DNA of 64,000 nt from Bacteroidota bacterium (GTDB taxonomy: Bacteria; Bacteroidota; Bacteroidia; Bacteroidales; JACABE01), in assembly GCA_037133555.1 (NCBI GenBank), contig JBAXNW010000002.1:49637-113636 (forward strand), written 5' to 3'. Numbering within the stretch: position 1 is the first letter of the stretch; each line of letters opens with the position of its first letter. A program made the position numbers and the translations under genes. A model generated the notes under the pieces. That model did no database searches and was not told the DNA's origin. It saw only the letters and a list, made by a program, of their open reading frames with translations. Shown piece by piece: positions 1-8,959 of this stretch.

Positions 1-302
1 TCGCTCCATTTAACAATATCTGCAATTACGCAAGGCATTTGAACATTACGGATGCTGGATTTCAGGCTTACGCCAGCGATTGGATCGTAGGCCAGCCAAC
101 TGCTATAATTTATTGACCATCCATACCATGTCAATTTTGCAGCATAGAAAATCATAGCCTCTCCTTTATCACTCGTAAAATCAAGAAACCACTTACTTAG
201 GTGGAAATTTTCACCAGATGCTTTCATCTTTCCTCTTTTAATTGAGCTATGTAAACTAAAAACAGATTCAGTTTTCTGATATACTTCAGAAACGCCCCCC
301 AT
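1..302 (-). CDS. hypothetical protein, N-terminal part only (runs off the left edge)
   Basis: Minus-strand frame open from the window edge up to an in-frame stop at 420-422. Candidate ATGs at 302 and 227. Translation MGGVSEVYQ...MKASGENFHLSKWFLDF...; no motif recognised. Absent from the ORF track because it is truncated. Confidence 0.3.
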   Translation of the reverse strand, partial: MGGVSEVYQKTESVFSLHSSIKRGKMKASGENFHLSKWFLDFTSDKGEAMIFYAAKLTWYGWSINYSSWLAYDPIAGVSLKSSIRNVQMPCVIADIVKWS

Positions 303-713
303 CAATTTATAACTAAAGACAGAATACTTTACAAAAGATTCTAATTTTAACCAATTTAAATTAAAATCAAATAATACCCTATAATGAAAATAGCAGATAG
401 AAAAAAAAGATTTATTATTTTAATGTAAAAATACAATATAATTTAGCTAAAAGCGAATATGTGTTAAATTTAAATAAATTTTAAACGTTTCCATTCAAAT
501 TGCATTTAATAAACAACTCAATTTTTTTTCAGTTTGCATCAGCTATTTTTAAACAAATAATAGGATTAACTTCAGAAAAAATATCATCACTTCCGTAATT
601 AGTTCAACCACTCAATCACAACTATGCAATTCAATACATAAATAATTATTTTAATATTTAGGAAATAGATTTTGTATCTTTGAGATAAGAATTAGAATTA
701 ATTAGATAATATT

Positions 714-1778
714 ATGAAATCAAAACTAATTATACCTAGCGAATTAAGATTTGCAATTACAGTAAAATGCAACGGTACTTGCAGACACTGCTACAACCAT
801 TCAGGAAAAGATCTAGATCGCTTATCTTCAGATGATTTTATCAATATATTAAAAGAAGTATATGCATTGAATCCAAACCTTGACAGGATTGTATTAACTG
901 GGGGCGAGCCAATGATTGAAAAAGATAAGGTAATAAAAATAACACAATTTGCCAAATCATTGGGAATTAATGTCAGGTTGGTAACTAGAGGATGGGAATT
1001 AAACAAGGAAAACTGTAATGAATTAAAAGAAGCTGGCGTAACACGAATCCAGATCGGTCTTGATTCATCTGGAGAACATGCATATATTGACGATACAAAC
1101 CATCAATGGGACACATTCCACAGTTGGTTGCGGAGAGATGAAATGGGGTTCAGTAAGACAACAAATGCCATTAAAACAGCAATCGCTTCAGGACTGGATG
1201 TTTCTGTCAGGTATTCATTGTGCCGTTCGAATTATAAAGATGTGGTCAAAACATATCTTTTTGTTTCATCGTTGGGCGTTGCAAAATTTAAATTCAGAGT
1301 GCTGTTTCCTGATGGAAGGGCAAAACTAAGTCTGATTCATGAGCTTATTTCAGGTGAAGAAATGGCAGATGCACAATATGGTTTAATACAAGCTTCAAAA
1401 GGAAACAAAACAGTAGTTGAAATTACACAACCTTGTTTTTTCAGCTTACCAAATCGAATAAATTTATCTGACGAAAAACCACATTATAATGTTTATAAGG
1501 AATCCTGTTCTTGCGGTGAGGTCGCAGCTTACATTGATGCCAAAGGAGATGTTAAATATTGCCTTTTTGATGAAAAGATACTAGGAAATGTTTCTGTACA
1601 ACCATTTTTAACGGTATGGAATTCAGCTAACGCAACACAATCAAGAGAACTACGTTGTCCAATAGATAAGTCAGGTAGCAACTGCTCTTCATTTATTTTA
1701 TTATATGCTCAATTCGATGACTATTCAGCTTTCATGAAAACATACATAAAAAGTGTAAATGAAAAAAATGCAATATAG
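714..1778 (+). CDS. radical SAM enzyme with C-terminal twitch/partial-SPASM cysteine region
   Basis: CNGTCRHC (CxxxCxxC) at aa 20-27 and LTGGEPM SAM-binding motif. C-terminal C-x10-G-x4-C followed by C-x9-C, so the full CxxCx5Cx3C SPASM motif is absent. Confidence 0.8.
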   Translation: MKSKLIIPSELRFAITVKCNGTCRHCYNHSGKDLDRLSSDDFINILKEVYALNPNLDRIVLTGGEPMIEKDKVIKITQFAKSLGINVRLVTRGWELNKENCNELKEAGVTRIQIGLDSSGEHAYIDDTNHQWDTFHSWLRRDEMGFSKTTNAIKTAIASGLDVSVRYSLCRSNYKDVVKTYLFVSSLGVAKFKFRVLFPDGRAKLSLIHELISGEEMADAQYGLIQASKGNKTVVEITQPCFFSLPNRINLSDEKPHYNVYKESCSCGEVAAYIDAKGDVKYCLFDEKILGNVSVQPFLTVWNSANATQSRELRCPIDKSGSNCSSFILLYAQFDDYSAFMKTYIKSVNEKNAI

Positions 1779-2037
1779 AAGTAAACTGAATTATTTAGCC
1801 TTTACCCTTATTCTACTGTCAGGGGTATTTATGGGATTCATTTTTTTAGTCCCGTTTTTAACTGTTTCATTTGCAATGAAAAGCATGCTTATAACAATAT
1901 GTATCATCATTTGTGAACTAACTTGGTGGCTTGGAGTTGCCATTCTTGGCAAACAACTGATTAAAAAGTATAAAAGAAAGCTGAACCCTTTAAATTGGTA
2001 TTTATGGATAAAAAATAAGGTCAGAAATATTAATTAA
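1759..2037 (+). CDS. small two-TM membrane protein with basic tail
   Basis: 92-aa ORF overlapping the radical SAM stop by 20 nt. Two clear hydrophobic helices, then KKYKRKLNPLNWYLWIKNKVRN. Confidence 0.45.
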   Translation: MKKMQYRSKLNYLAFTLILLSGVFMGFIFLVPFLTVSFAMKSMLITICIIICELTWWLGVAILGKQLIKKYKRKLNPLNWYLWIKNKVRNIN

Positions 2038-2300
2038 TGCTAAAAGCTATTCTTAAAAGCTTATAAAAACCATTAAAAGATTTGTCATTTGCGAATACGT
2101 AAAAAATCATAATTTATTCTAATTCAATAACTTAATTTAATTAATATTGTTATATAATTTTAATAATAATTTGTTTTAGAATATGTATCTTTACATTTTA
2201 AATCTTTAAAATATAAAGGGTTCTTTATTTTTGATTTTAAAAAGTAAATAATCCATCGAACCCTATTAGAAGATACTGTTAAATTTAAAAATTCACAAAA

Positions 2301-2780
2301 ATGAAAACAAGAATCTTAATGTCGTTATTATTTCTATTAATGCTTGTAGAAATAATTCCATTACAAGCTCAAAACGATACTGAATTTAAGCATGCACTGG
2401 GTGTTGCAGCAGGATTTACAACTGGTTATGGTTTGTCCTATCGGTATCTTCCGACTAAATTTGGGGCACAAGCAACTTTCGCACCATATGTGGATAATGA
2501 ACGTGAAATATTTAGCATTGGTATCACTTTTCTTTATACGATTGTTAAGGCAGAAAATTTGAATTTATATTTATACCAGGGCAATCAATATTACTATAAT
2601 AAGAAAAAATTAAGTAAGCCAGTTGAAGTAAATAAATATTTTAACAATGGCATAGGGATTGGAATTGAGTTTACTTTTCAAAAGCGGTTTGGATTTAATA
2701 TTATGGGTGGTTATGCTGGTTATGAGGATTTTAACAAAATAAATTTCACTGGAGAAACCGCTTTATTTTTTAAGTTTTAA
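2301..2780 (+). CDS. small outer-membrane beta-barrel-like protein
   Basis: Signal peptide (LLFLLMLVEIIPLQAQ), alternating aromatic/Gly-rich strands and a terminal aromatic ...ALFFKF. Confidence 0.45.
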   Translation: MKTRILMSLLFLLMLVEIIPLQAQNDTEFKHALGVAAGFTTGYGLSYRYLPTKFGAQATFAPYVDNEREIFSIGITFLYTIVKAENLNLYLYQGNQYYYNKKKLSKPVEVNKYFNNGIGIGIEFTFQKRFGFNIMGGYAGYEDFNKINFTGETALFFKF

Positions 2781-2811
2781 AAAAAATGCTTATTTAAATT
2801 TATAAAAAACA

Positions 2812-3423
2812 CTAAGCAATCAATAGTAAACCAAGCATACTACAAAAGCCTAACAAATAACCACTATAAACTTCAACCGATCGGTGAGCGTTCAGTGCCA
2901 ATCGGGAATAGCCTACTAAACCACTAATAAAAATCAAAATCAAAATTGTTCCAAGCATTTCTATCCCGAAACGACAGGATATTCCAAAAATAATGCCGGT
3001 TAAAGCCCCAATTGCCAATGTATGCATGCTGATTTTAAATTTAAAATTAACAAAGAAGGCTAAAATTATTATCAATGTGGATGCCAGCATTATAAGAAGA
3101 TAGATAGTAGGAATATTCGCATTTTTCAACATAAACCAGGTTCCGTAATAAAAGATGATGGTAAAAAGAAATGGGATGCTTCTTTCTTCACGTTTTTCTA
3201 AATAAATTGAACTAATGAGTTTTTTTCGAAGCAGAATGTAAGTTAGCGTAGCAGGCAATACGAATGTTGAAACAAAAACAAAAAAAAGTATCATCATTTT
3301 TCCCTCAAAAGTTAGAATTGAAGCAAAAAACGTCTGCATGTTGAACAAAATACTAAAAGTATAAATTGGCATCAGTAAAGGGTGAAAAACAAAGGATATA
3401 ATCCGGGCAATTTTATTTTCCAT
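2812..3423 (-). CDS. polytopic membrane protein, PAP2-superfamily-like
   Basis: About 6 TM helices. SMH and SR-x5-H-x3-E resemble PAP2 motifs C2/C3. Start codon abuts the rpoN stop. Confidence 0.4.
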   Translation of the reverse strand: MENKIARIISFVFHPLLMPIYTFSILFNMQTFFASILTFEGKMMILFFVFVSTFVLPATLTYILLRKKLISSIYLEKREERSIPFLFTIIFYYGTWFMLKNANIPTIYLLIMLASTLIIILAFFVNFKFKISMHTLAIGALTGIIFGISCRFGIEMLGTILILIFISGLVGYSRLALNAHRSVEVYSGYLLGFCSMLGLLLIA

Positions 3424-4890
3424 TTACAAAATTTCCTTTCTTAACCTGGCCACTCTAATATCCATACCTTCACGATATTTAGCTACCGTACGACGAGCAA
3501 TGTTAAAACCTTTTTTGTTTAATATTTCAGTAAGCTCATCATCATTCAGAGGCGATGTTTTATCTTCATTGTCAATACATTCTTTTAATATACTTTTAAT
3601 TTCGGTAGTTGAAATACCCTCACCAGAATCATTAATCATTGATTTAGAAAAGAAATCTCTAAGCAGAAAAGTACCAAAATGAGTTTCTGCATATTTACTA
3701 TTTGCAACTCTTGAAATGGTTGAAATATCAAGACCTACCACATCCGAAACATCTTTAAGTTTCATAGGTCTGAGTTTTGAAACATTACCATCGAGAAAAT
3801 ATTCATGCTGATAATTCATGATTGCACTCATGGTCACATACAAAGTATTTTGACGTTGTTTGATGGCTTCAATAAACCAACGTGCTGAATCAATTTTTTG
3901 TTTGATGAACATCGCTGCATCTTTTTGTTGTTCAGTTTTTTGATTGCTTACAGCATAACCTTGAAGTAATTCAGCATAGGTCTGATTTACTCTAAGTTCA
4001 GGTGTATTACGATTATTCAGTGAAAGTTCCAACACTCCATTGCTATTGTTAATGATAAAATCAGGAATAACATATTGATTTAATTTTGAAGATCCGCCAA
4101 CAGAATTACCAGGTTTAGGATTTAGTTTTAATATTTCATCAATTGCCGATTTCATTTCTTCCTCTGAAATATTGAATTTCTCAATAATCTTATCAAAATG
4201 TTTTTTAGCAAACCGATCAAACTGAACATTTAAAATTTTATAAGCCAATTGCACAGAAGCAGTTTGTTCATCCTTACGTTGCAATTGCAACAATAAACAT
4301 TCCTGCAAACTTCGGGCTCCAACTCCAGCAGGATCAAGTTCCTGAATAATGTCAAGAACTGCCGTTATTTCAGCTACTGTAATCTCTAAATTTTGAGAAA
4401 AGGCGAAATCATCCACCATGGCTTTGATATCTCTCATTAAATAACCAGAATCATCTAAGTTACCAATAAGGGTTAATCCAATATTATATTGTTTTTCGTC
4501 AAGACCAAGCATCAATAATTGGTCGATTAATGTTTCCTGAAATGAAGCTTCTGAGGCAAAGGGAATTTCTTTTCGTTCTTCATCTGCAGATTTATTGTTA
4601 GCTTTAAGTTTGTAGGAATCTACATCATCTTCATCCAAATAATCGTTAAAATCAAAATCTGTAGTATCGCGTGAATTATCGTCAGAAATTTCATTTTCAT
4701 ATTCATCATTATTATCTGAGCTTTCACCTTCACTGCTATCAGACATATCCTCCAATACAGGATTTTCTTCCAATTCCTGCTTTATTCGCTGTTCAAGTGC
4801 AACGGTAGGCACTTGCAATAACTTCATCAGCAATATCTGCTGAGGCGAAAGTTTTTGCTGTAGTTTTTGCTGTAATCGTTGACTTAACAT
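3424..4890 (-). CDS. rpoN: RNA polymerase sigma-54 factor
   Basis: N-terminal Q/L-rich region I (MLSQRLQQKLQQKLSPQQ), acidic region II and C-terminal RpoN box ARRTVAKYRE. Confidence 0.95.
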   Translation of the reverse strand: MLSQRLQQKLQQKLSPQQILLMKLLQVPTVALEQRIKQELEENPVLEDMSDSSEGESSDNNDEYENEISDDNSRDTTDFDFNDYLDEDDVDSYKLKANNKSADEERKEIPFASEASFQETLIDQLLMLGLDEKQYNIGLTLIGNLDDSGYLMRDIKAMVDDFAFSQNLEITVAEITAVLDIIQELDPAGVGARSLQECLLLQLQRKDEQTASVQLAYKILNVQFDRFAKKHFDKIIEKFNISEEEMKSAIDEILKLNPKPGNSVGGSSKLNQYVIPDFIINNSNGVLELSLNNRNTPELRVNQTYAELLQGYAVSNQKTEQQKDAAMFIKQKIDSARWFIEAIKQRQNTLYVTMSAIMNYQHEYFLDGNVSKLRPMKLKDVSDVVGLDISTISRVANSKYAETHFGTFLLRDFFSKSMINDSGEGISTTEIKSILKECIDNEDKTSPLNDDELTEILNKKGFNIARRTVAKYREGMDIRVARLRKEIL

Positions 4891-4999
4891 TGGTTAATAA
4901 TTATTAGTAAATGAGTTATTGGTTATTTCATAGGTTGTATTCGTATTACGCTTTAATCACAAACCATCAGAGTTGAATGTTACTGAAGAAGTAATTGAT

Positions 5000-6406
5000 T
5001 TAAAATTCTGCATTCATAGGTGTTCGTGGAAATGGTATTACATCTCTTATATTAGACATCCCAGTAACAAACAAAATCAATCTTTCAAAACCTAAGCCAA
5101 ATCCACTGTGAGGAGCTGTTCCAAACTTTCGGGTGTCGAGATACCACCAAACATCTTTTTCTGGTATACCCATTTCGGCAATGCGTTGTTGAAGTTTTTC
5201 AAGATTTTCTTCACGTTGAGATCCACCAATAATTTCACCTATTTTTGGAAACAAAACATCCATTGCACGAACAGTTTTCCCATCCTCATTTTGTTTCATA
5301 TAAAATGCTTTGATATCTTTAGGATAATCAGTTAATATGACAGGTTTCTGAAAATGCTTTTCAACCAAAAAGCGTTCATGTTCCGATTGTAGATCAACTC
5401 CCCATGAAACAGGAAACTCAAAGGATTGTCCTGATTTTAATAATATTTCGATAGCATCAGTATAAGCCAAACGCTCAAAGCTATTGTTTACAACAAAATT
5501 CAATCTTTCGATGAGTTCCTTGTCGTACATGTTATTGAGAAATTCAAGATCATCAGTACAGTTTTCCAAGGCATAACTTACAAGTGATTTTATAAAATCT
5601 TCAGCAAGATCCATGTTTTCTTTAATTTCATTGAAAGCTACCTCAGGTTCATTCATCCAGAATTCAGCCAAGTGACGGGGTGTATTTGAATTTTCGGCTC
5701 TGAAAGTAGGTCCGAAAGTATAAACTTTACTCAAAGCCATTGCAGCCAATTCTGCTTCAAGTTGTCCTGAAACCGTTAGATTCGTTTCTTTTCCAAAAAA
5801 ATCTTCAGCATAATTCACTTTTCCATCATCCGTTAAAGGAGGATTTTTAGGATCTAAAGTTGTTACGCGAAACATGGCACCGGCTCCTTCAGCATCTGAA
5901 CCTGTAATAATGGGTGTATGAATGTAAAAGAATCCATTATCATTATAATATTTATGAATTGCAAATGACATTGCATGGCGAATACGAAGAATGGCACCAA
6001 AAGTATTGGTTCGGGGTCTTAAATGCGCAATTTCTCTTAAAAATTCCAAGGAATGCCCTTTCTTTTGCAAAGGATAGGATTCTGCATCAGCAGTACCATA
6101 AACAAAAATTTCATTAGCCTGAATTTCAACACTTTGACCTTGTCCCATCGATTCAACCAATTTACCGTTGACAGATATACAAGCTCCGGTAGTGATAAGT
6201 TTGATAAGTTCTTCGTCGAAATTTGCAAGGTCAACAACTATTTGAATACTATGTATAATAGAACCATCGTTCAAAGCAATAAAAGCTATGTTTTTATTTC
6301 CACGTTTGGTTCTAACCCAGCCTTTTACATTTACGATTGTTCCTGATTTTTCTTTTTGAGCAGATTTTAGTAAGTCTTTAATGATACTTCTTTTTACTGT
6401 TTCCAT
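5000..6406 (-). CDS. asnS: asparagine--tRNA ligase
   Basis: Class IIb layout with an N-terminal OB fold. Motifs FRAE, GGSQRE and GFGLGFERL. The 468-aa length is typical of AsnS. Confidence 0.9.
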   Translation of the reverse strand: METVKRSIIKDLLKSAQKEKSGTIVNVKGWVRTKRGNKNIAFIALNDGSIIHSIQIVVDLANFDEELIKLITTGACISVNGKLVESMGQGQSVEIQANEIFVYGTADAESYPLQKKGHSLEFLREIAHLRPRTNTFGAILRIRHAMSFAIHKYYNDNGFFYIHTPIITGSDAEGAGAMFRVTTLDPKNPPLTDDGKVNYAEDFFGKETNLTVSGQLEAELAAMALSKVYTFGPTFRAENSNTPRHLAEFWMNEPEVAFNEIKENMDLAEDFIKSLVSYALENCTDDLEFLNNMYDKELIERLNFVVNNSFERLAYTDAIEILLKSGQSFEFPVSWGVDLQSEHERFLVEKHFQKPVILTDYPKDIKAFYMKQNEDGKTVRAMDVLFPKIGEIIGGSQREENLEKLQQRIAEMGIPEKDVWWYLDTRKFGTAPHSGFGLGFERLILFVTGMSNIRDVIPFPRTPMNAEF

Positions 6407-6557
6407 TTTAAATTTCTAGAAATAATTAATAAAATTCTATACAATATTAAACATTTAACTAATTGGTTTTATTTAAATTAAGCTTTTTAAAAATGACAAG
6501 GCCTTGTTAAAAGTTTAAGTTTGTAAAATTATTAAAAATCTGTACATAAACTTTAAT

Positions 6558-6565
6558 TAATTTTG
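6558..6565 (+). promoter_or_regulatory. Bacteroidota -7 promoter box TAATTTTG
   Basis: Exact TAnnTTTG match 13 nt upstream of ATG 6578. The TTG 'start' in the ORF track (6563) lies inside this box. Confidence 0.45.
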
Positions 6566-6577
6566 CCAAAACAACAT

Positions 6578-7681
6578 ATGAGTAAAAATTTCGACATATT
6601 ACCTCTTCATCATTGGGTTGCTTCGGGCAACGAAACGCTGATTATTGCAGGCCCCTGTAGTGCTGAAAGCGAAGAACAACTTTTGCAAACTGCAATTGAA
6701 ATAGCCAAAATACCTGCAGTAAAAATTTTCAGGGCTGGTATCTGGAAACCACGTACTCGCCCTGATGGATTTGAAGGTGTTGGAGAAATTGGTTTAGAAT
6801 GGTTAAAGCAAGTTAAAGAAACTACTGGGTTACTAACTACTGTAGAAGTTGCTACGCCCCATCATATCGAAGCTTGCTTACGTAATGGGATAGATGTTTT
6901 ATGGTTAGGAGCCCGAACTGTTGGCAATCCCTTTTCTATGCAGGAAATTGCCGAAGCTTTAAAAGGCATTGATATTCCTATAATGATAAAAAACCCATTG
7001 AATCCTGATTTAAAACTTTGGCTGGGTGCCATTGAACGAATTCATCAGGTTGGAATTAAAAAAATTGCCGCTATCCATAGGGGTTTTTACACTTATAATT
7101 CTCAGCCTTATCGCAATGCTCCATTATGGGAAATTCCGATAGAATTAAAACGCATTTTACCTGACTTACCAATCATTTCCGATCCAAGCCATATAGCAGG
7201 AAACAGAATTCTATTGAGCTCAATAGCACAAAAAGCAATGGACCTAGAAATGCAAGGCTTAATGATTGAAGTGCATCCTCATCCTGAGAAAGCACTTACT
7301 GATGCAAAACAACAAATTACAGCTGAAGCACTTGGCAAATTATTATCTGAATTAATTTTCCGAAAAGAAAAAGGAAGCAGCGAATTCGAAGATAAATTAT
7401 ACAGTCTTCGTTCAATGATAGACAGTACGGATGATGAATTGATACAAATTTTGGCTAAACGTATGGATTTAGTTTCTCAGATTGGCGAATATAAAAAAGA
7501 CAACAATATCACGATATTACAAATTAAACGCTGGAACGAAATAATCTGCAAGCGTTTGAGTAAGGCCAAAGAATTTGGTTTACATACAAATTTTATAAAA
7601 AAATTACTGGAAATCCTCCATGAAGAATCTATCCAAATTCAAACTGATATTTTAAATAAAAATAAAGAAGAGCATAAATAA
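6578..7681 (+). CDS. bifunctional 3-deoxy-7-phosphoheptulonate synthase (type I-beta) / chorismate mutase
   Basis: N-terminal LIIAGPCSAESEEQ...DPSH DAHP/KDO8P-synthase-type TIM barrel. C-terminal AroQ-type chorismate mutase helix bundle (DDELIQILAKRMDLVSQIGEYK). Confidence 0.85.
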   Translation: MSKNFDILPLHHWVASGNETLIIAGPCSAESEEQLLQTAIEIAKIPAVKIFRAGIWKPRTRPDGFEGVGEIGLEWLKQVKETTGLLTTVEVATPHHIEACLRNGIDVLWLGARTVGNPFSMQEIAEALKGIDIPIMIKNPLNPDLKLWLGAIERIHQVGIKKIAAIHRGFYTYNSQPYRNAPLWEIPIELKRILPDLPIISDPSHIAGNRILLSSIAQKAMDLEMQGLMIEVHPHPEKALTDAKQQITAEALGKLLSELIFRKEKGSSEFEDKLYSLRSMIDSTDDELIQILAKRMDLVSQIGEYKKDNNITILQIKRWNEIICKRLSKAKEFGLHTNFIKKLLEILHEESIQIQTDILNKNKEEHK

Positions 7682-7691
7682 ATACATTTAT

Positions 7692-8453
7692 TTAATCATG
7701 CAAAAAGACAATTTCCTTGAAGTTACATATTAGGGTCTTGTTATCAATTGTTTTTAGAATTAATTGACCATATTCAGTAATATTAATAATCTTAGCAGTT
7801 ATTTCGGCGTTCTGCCAAATGTACTTTTTGTAAATATTATAATATAACAAATTGTTTAAATAATCATTATTATTTGACTCAATATCATTGTTATATAATT
7901 TTAATATTCTTGATTCTAAAGCATTCAATAACTCCAATAACATAAGCCTTGTATCCTGTTCTTTTCCGGAAATTAAGCAAAGAGATGTCGGATTGGGAAT
8001 ATTTGATGAAAATTTGATTTGATTAAGATTGAGTCCAATTCCAACGATGGATGTTTGTAATTCAGCACCTAATACTTCATTTTCTATTAAAATTCCCGCT
8101 ATTTTCAATTTAGCAATATATATATCATTGGGCCACTTAATTTTGAGCTTGTTTTTATCTATCTTTGATGCTAAAAAATCAATGATACCAAGTGAAATAG
8201 CTTTATTTAAGAGAAATTGCATCGATGGTTCAATCATTTTTGGATGCAATATAATGCTAAAAGTGAGATTTTGCCCATCTTCGCTTTCCCATCTATTCCC
8301 TTTCTGACCTTTTCCATTGGTTTGGGAAATTCCCCAAATAATAATACCTTCATCTGTTTTATTATTCTTTAGAAAATCTACTGCAAACTCATTGGTAGAA
8401 GTAACTTTAGCCAGTTGGATTATCTTATCTTCCGAAAAAAATTTATCGAACAT
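7692..8453 (-). CDS. birA: biotin--[acetyl-CoA-carboxylase] ligase
   Basis: GKGQKGNRWES matches the GRGRxGRxW biotin-ligase motif, and KWPNDI is present. Start moved to ATG 8453 because the longer ORF runs through the rsfS promoter box. Confidence 0.8.
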   Translation of the reverse strand: MFDKFFSEDKIIQLAKVTSTNEFAVDFLKNNKTDEGIIIWGISQTNGKGQKGNRWESEDGQNLTFSIILHPKMIEPSMQFLLNKAISLGIIDFLASKIDKNKLKIKWPNDIYIAKLKIAGILIENEVLGAELQTSIVGIGLNLNQIKFSSNIPNPTSLCLISGKEQDTRLMLLELLNALESRILKLYNNDIESNNNDYLNNLLYYNIYKKYIWQNAEITAKIINITEYGQLILKTIDNKTLICNFKEIVFLHD

Positions 8454-8529
8454 AATATTGCTTTCATTTGTTTGTAAAAATAATAAAATATTCACAAAAA
8501 TAGTAGTGAATTTAATCGCTAAAAAAACG

Positions 8530-8537
8530 TAATTTTG
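8530..8537 (+). promoter_or_regulatory. Bacteroidota -7 promoter box TAATTTTG
   Basis: Exact TAnnTTTG 21 nt upstream of the rsfS ATG. Confidence 0.45.
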
Positions 8538-8557
8538 CATGCTATAATTAAAAATTA

Positions 8558-8935
8558 ATGGCTAAAAAGAAAATCAACTCAACTTCGGCTATGTTAGCCG
8601 ATATTATCGTAAAAGGAATACAGGAAAAAAAAGGAAAAGAAATTACCATAATGAATCTTTCGAATGTTCATAATAGTATGTTTGACTACTTTATTATATG
8701 CGAGGGTAATTCTCGCACTCAAACCGAAGCAATCGCAGATTCTGTTCAAGAAGAAGTAAGAAAAGCAATCGGAGCTCATCCACGTTTCAAAGAAGGCTTT
8801 ATCAATTCAGAATGGATTTTACTTGATTATTTTGATATTGTAGTACATATATTCCAGAAAGAAACCCGCGCATTTTACCAATTAGAAAAACTTTGGGCGG
8901 ATGCAGATATACAAATCATCGAAGATATCGATTAA
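8558..8935 (+). CDS. rsfS: ribosome silencing factor
   Basis: Iojap/RsfS pattern: DYFIICEGNSRTQTEAIADSV...WILLDYFDIVVHIF. Confidence 0.85.
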   Translation: MAKKKINSTSAMLADIIVKGIQEKKGKEITIMNLSNVHNSMFDYFIICEGNSRTQTEAIADSVQEEVRKAIGAHPRFKEGFINSEWILLDYFDIVVHIFQKETRAFYQLEKLWADADIQIIEDID

Positions 8936-8959
8936 CAAGCTATTGAAAAAATAAAATAA

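Noticed and set aside
384-428. 14-aa mini-ORF (MKIADRKKRFIILM) as a possible radical SAM precursor peptide
   Set aside because: It has no Cys/Ser/Thr/Gly-rich core or leader-like features, and it lies about 290 nt from the enzyme gene inside the upstream region of the divergent ORF. It is probably a chance ORF in A-rich DNA.
1060-1329. 89-aa out-of-frame ORF, and the 791-1006 antisense ORF, within the radical SAM gene
   Set aside because: The radical SAM frame carries the diagnostic motifs, and nothing supports the alternative frames.
4600-4760. Highly acidic low-complexity stretch in RpoN (DMSDSSEGESSDNNDEYENEISDD...)
   Set aside because: This is the normal acidic region II of sigma-54 proteins, not an insertion or anomaly.
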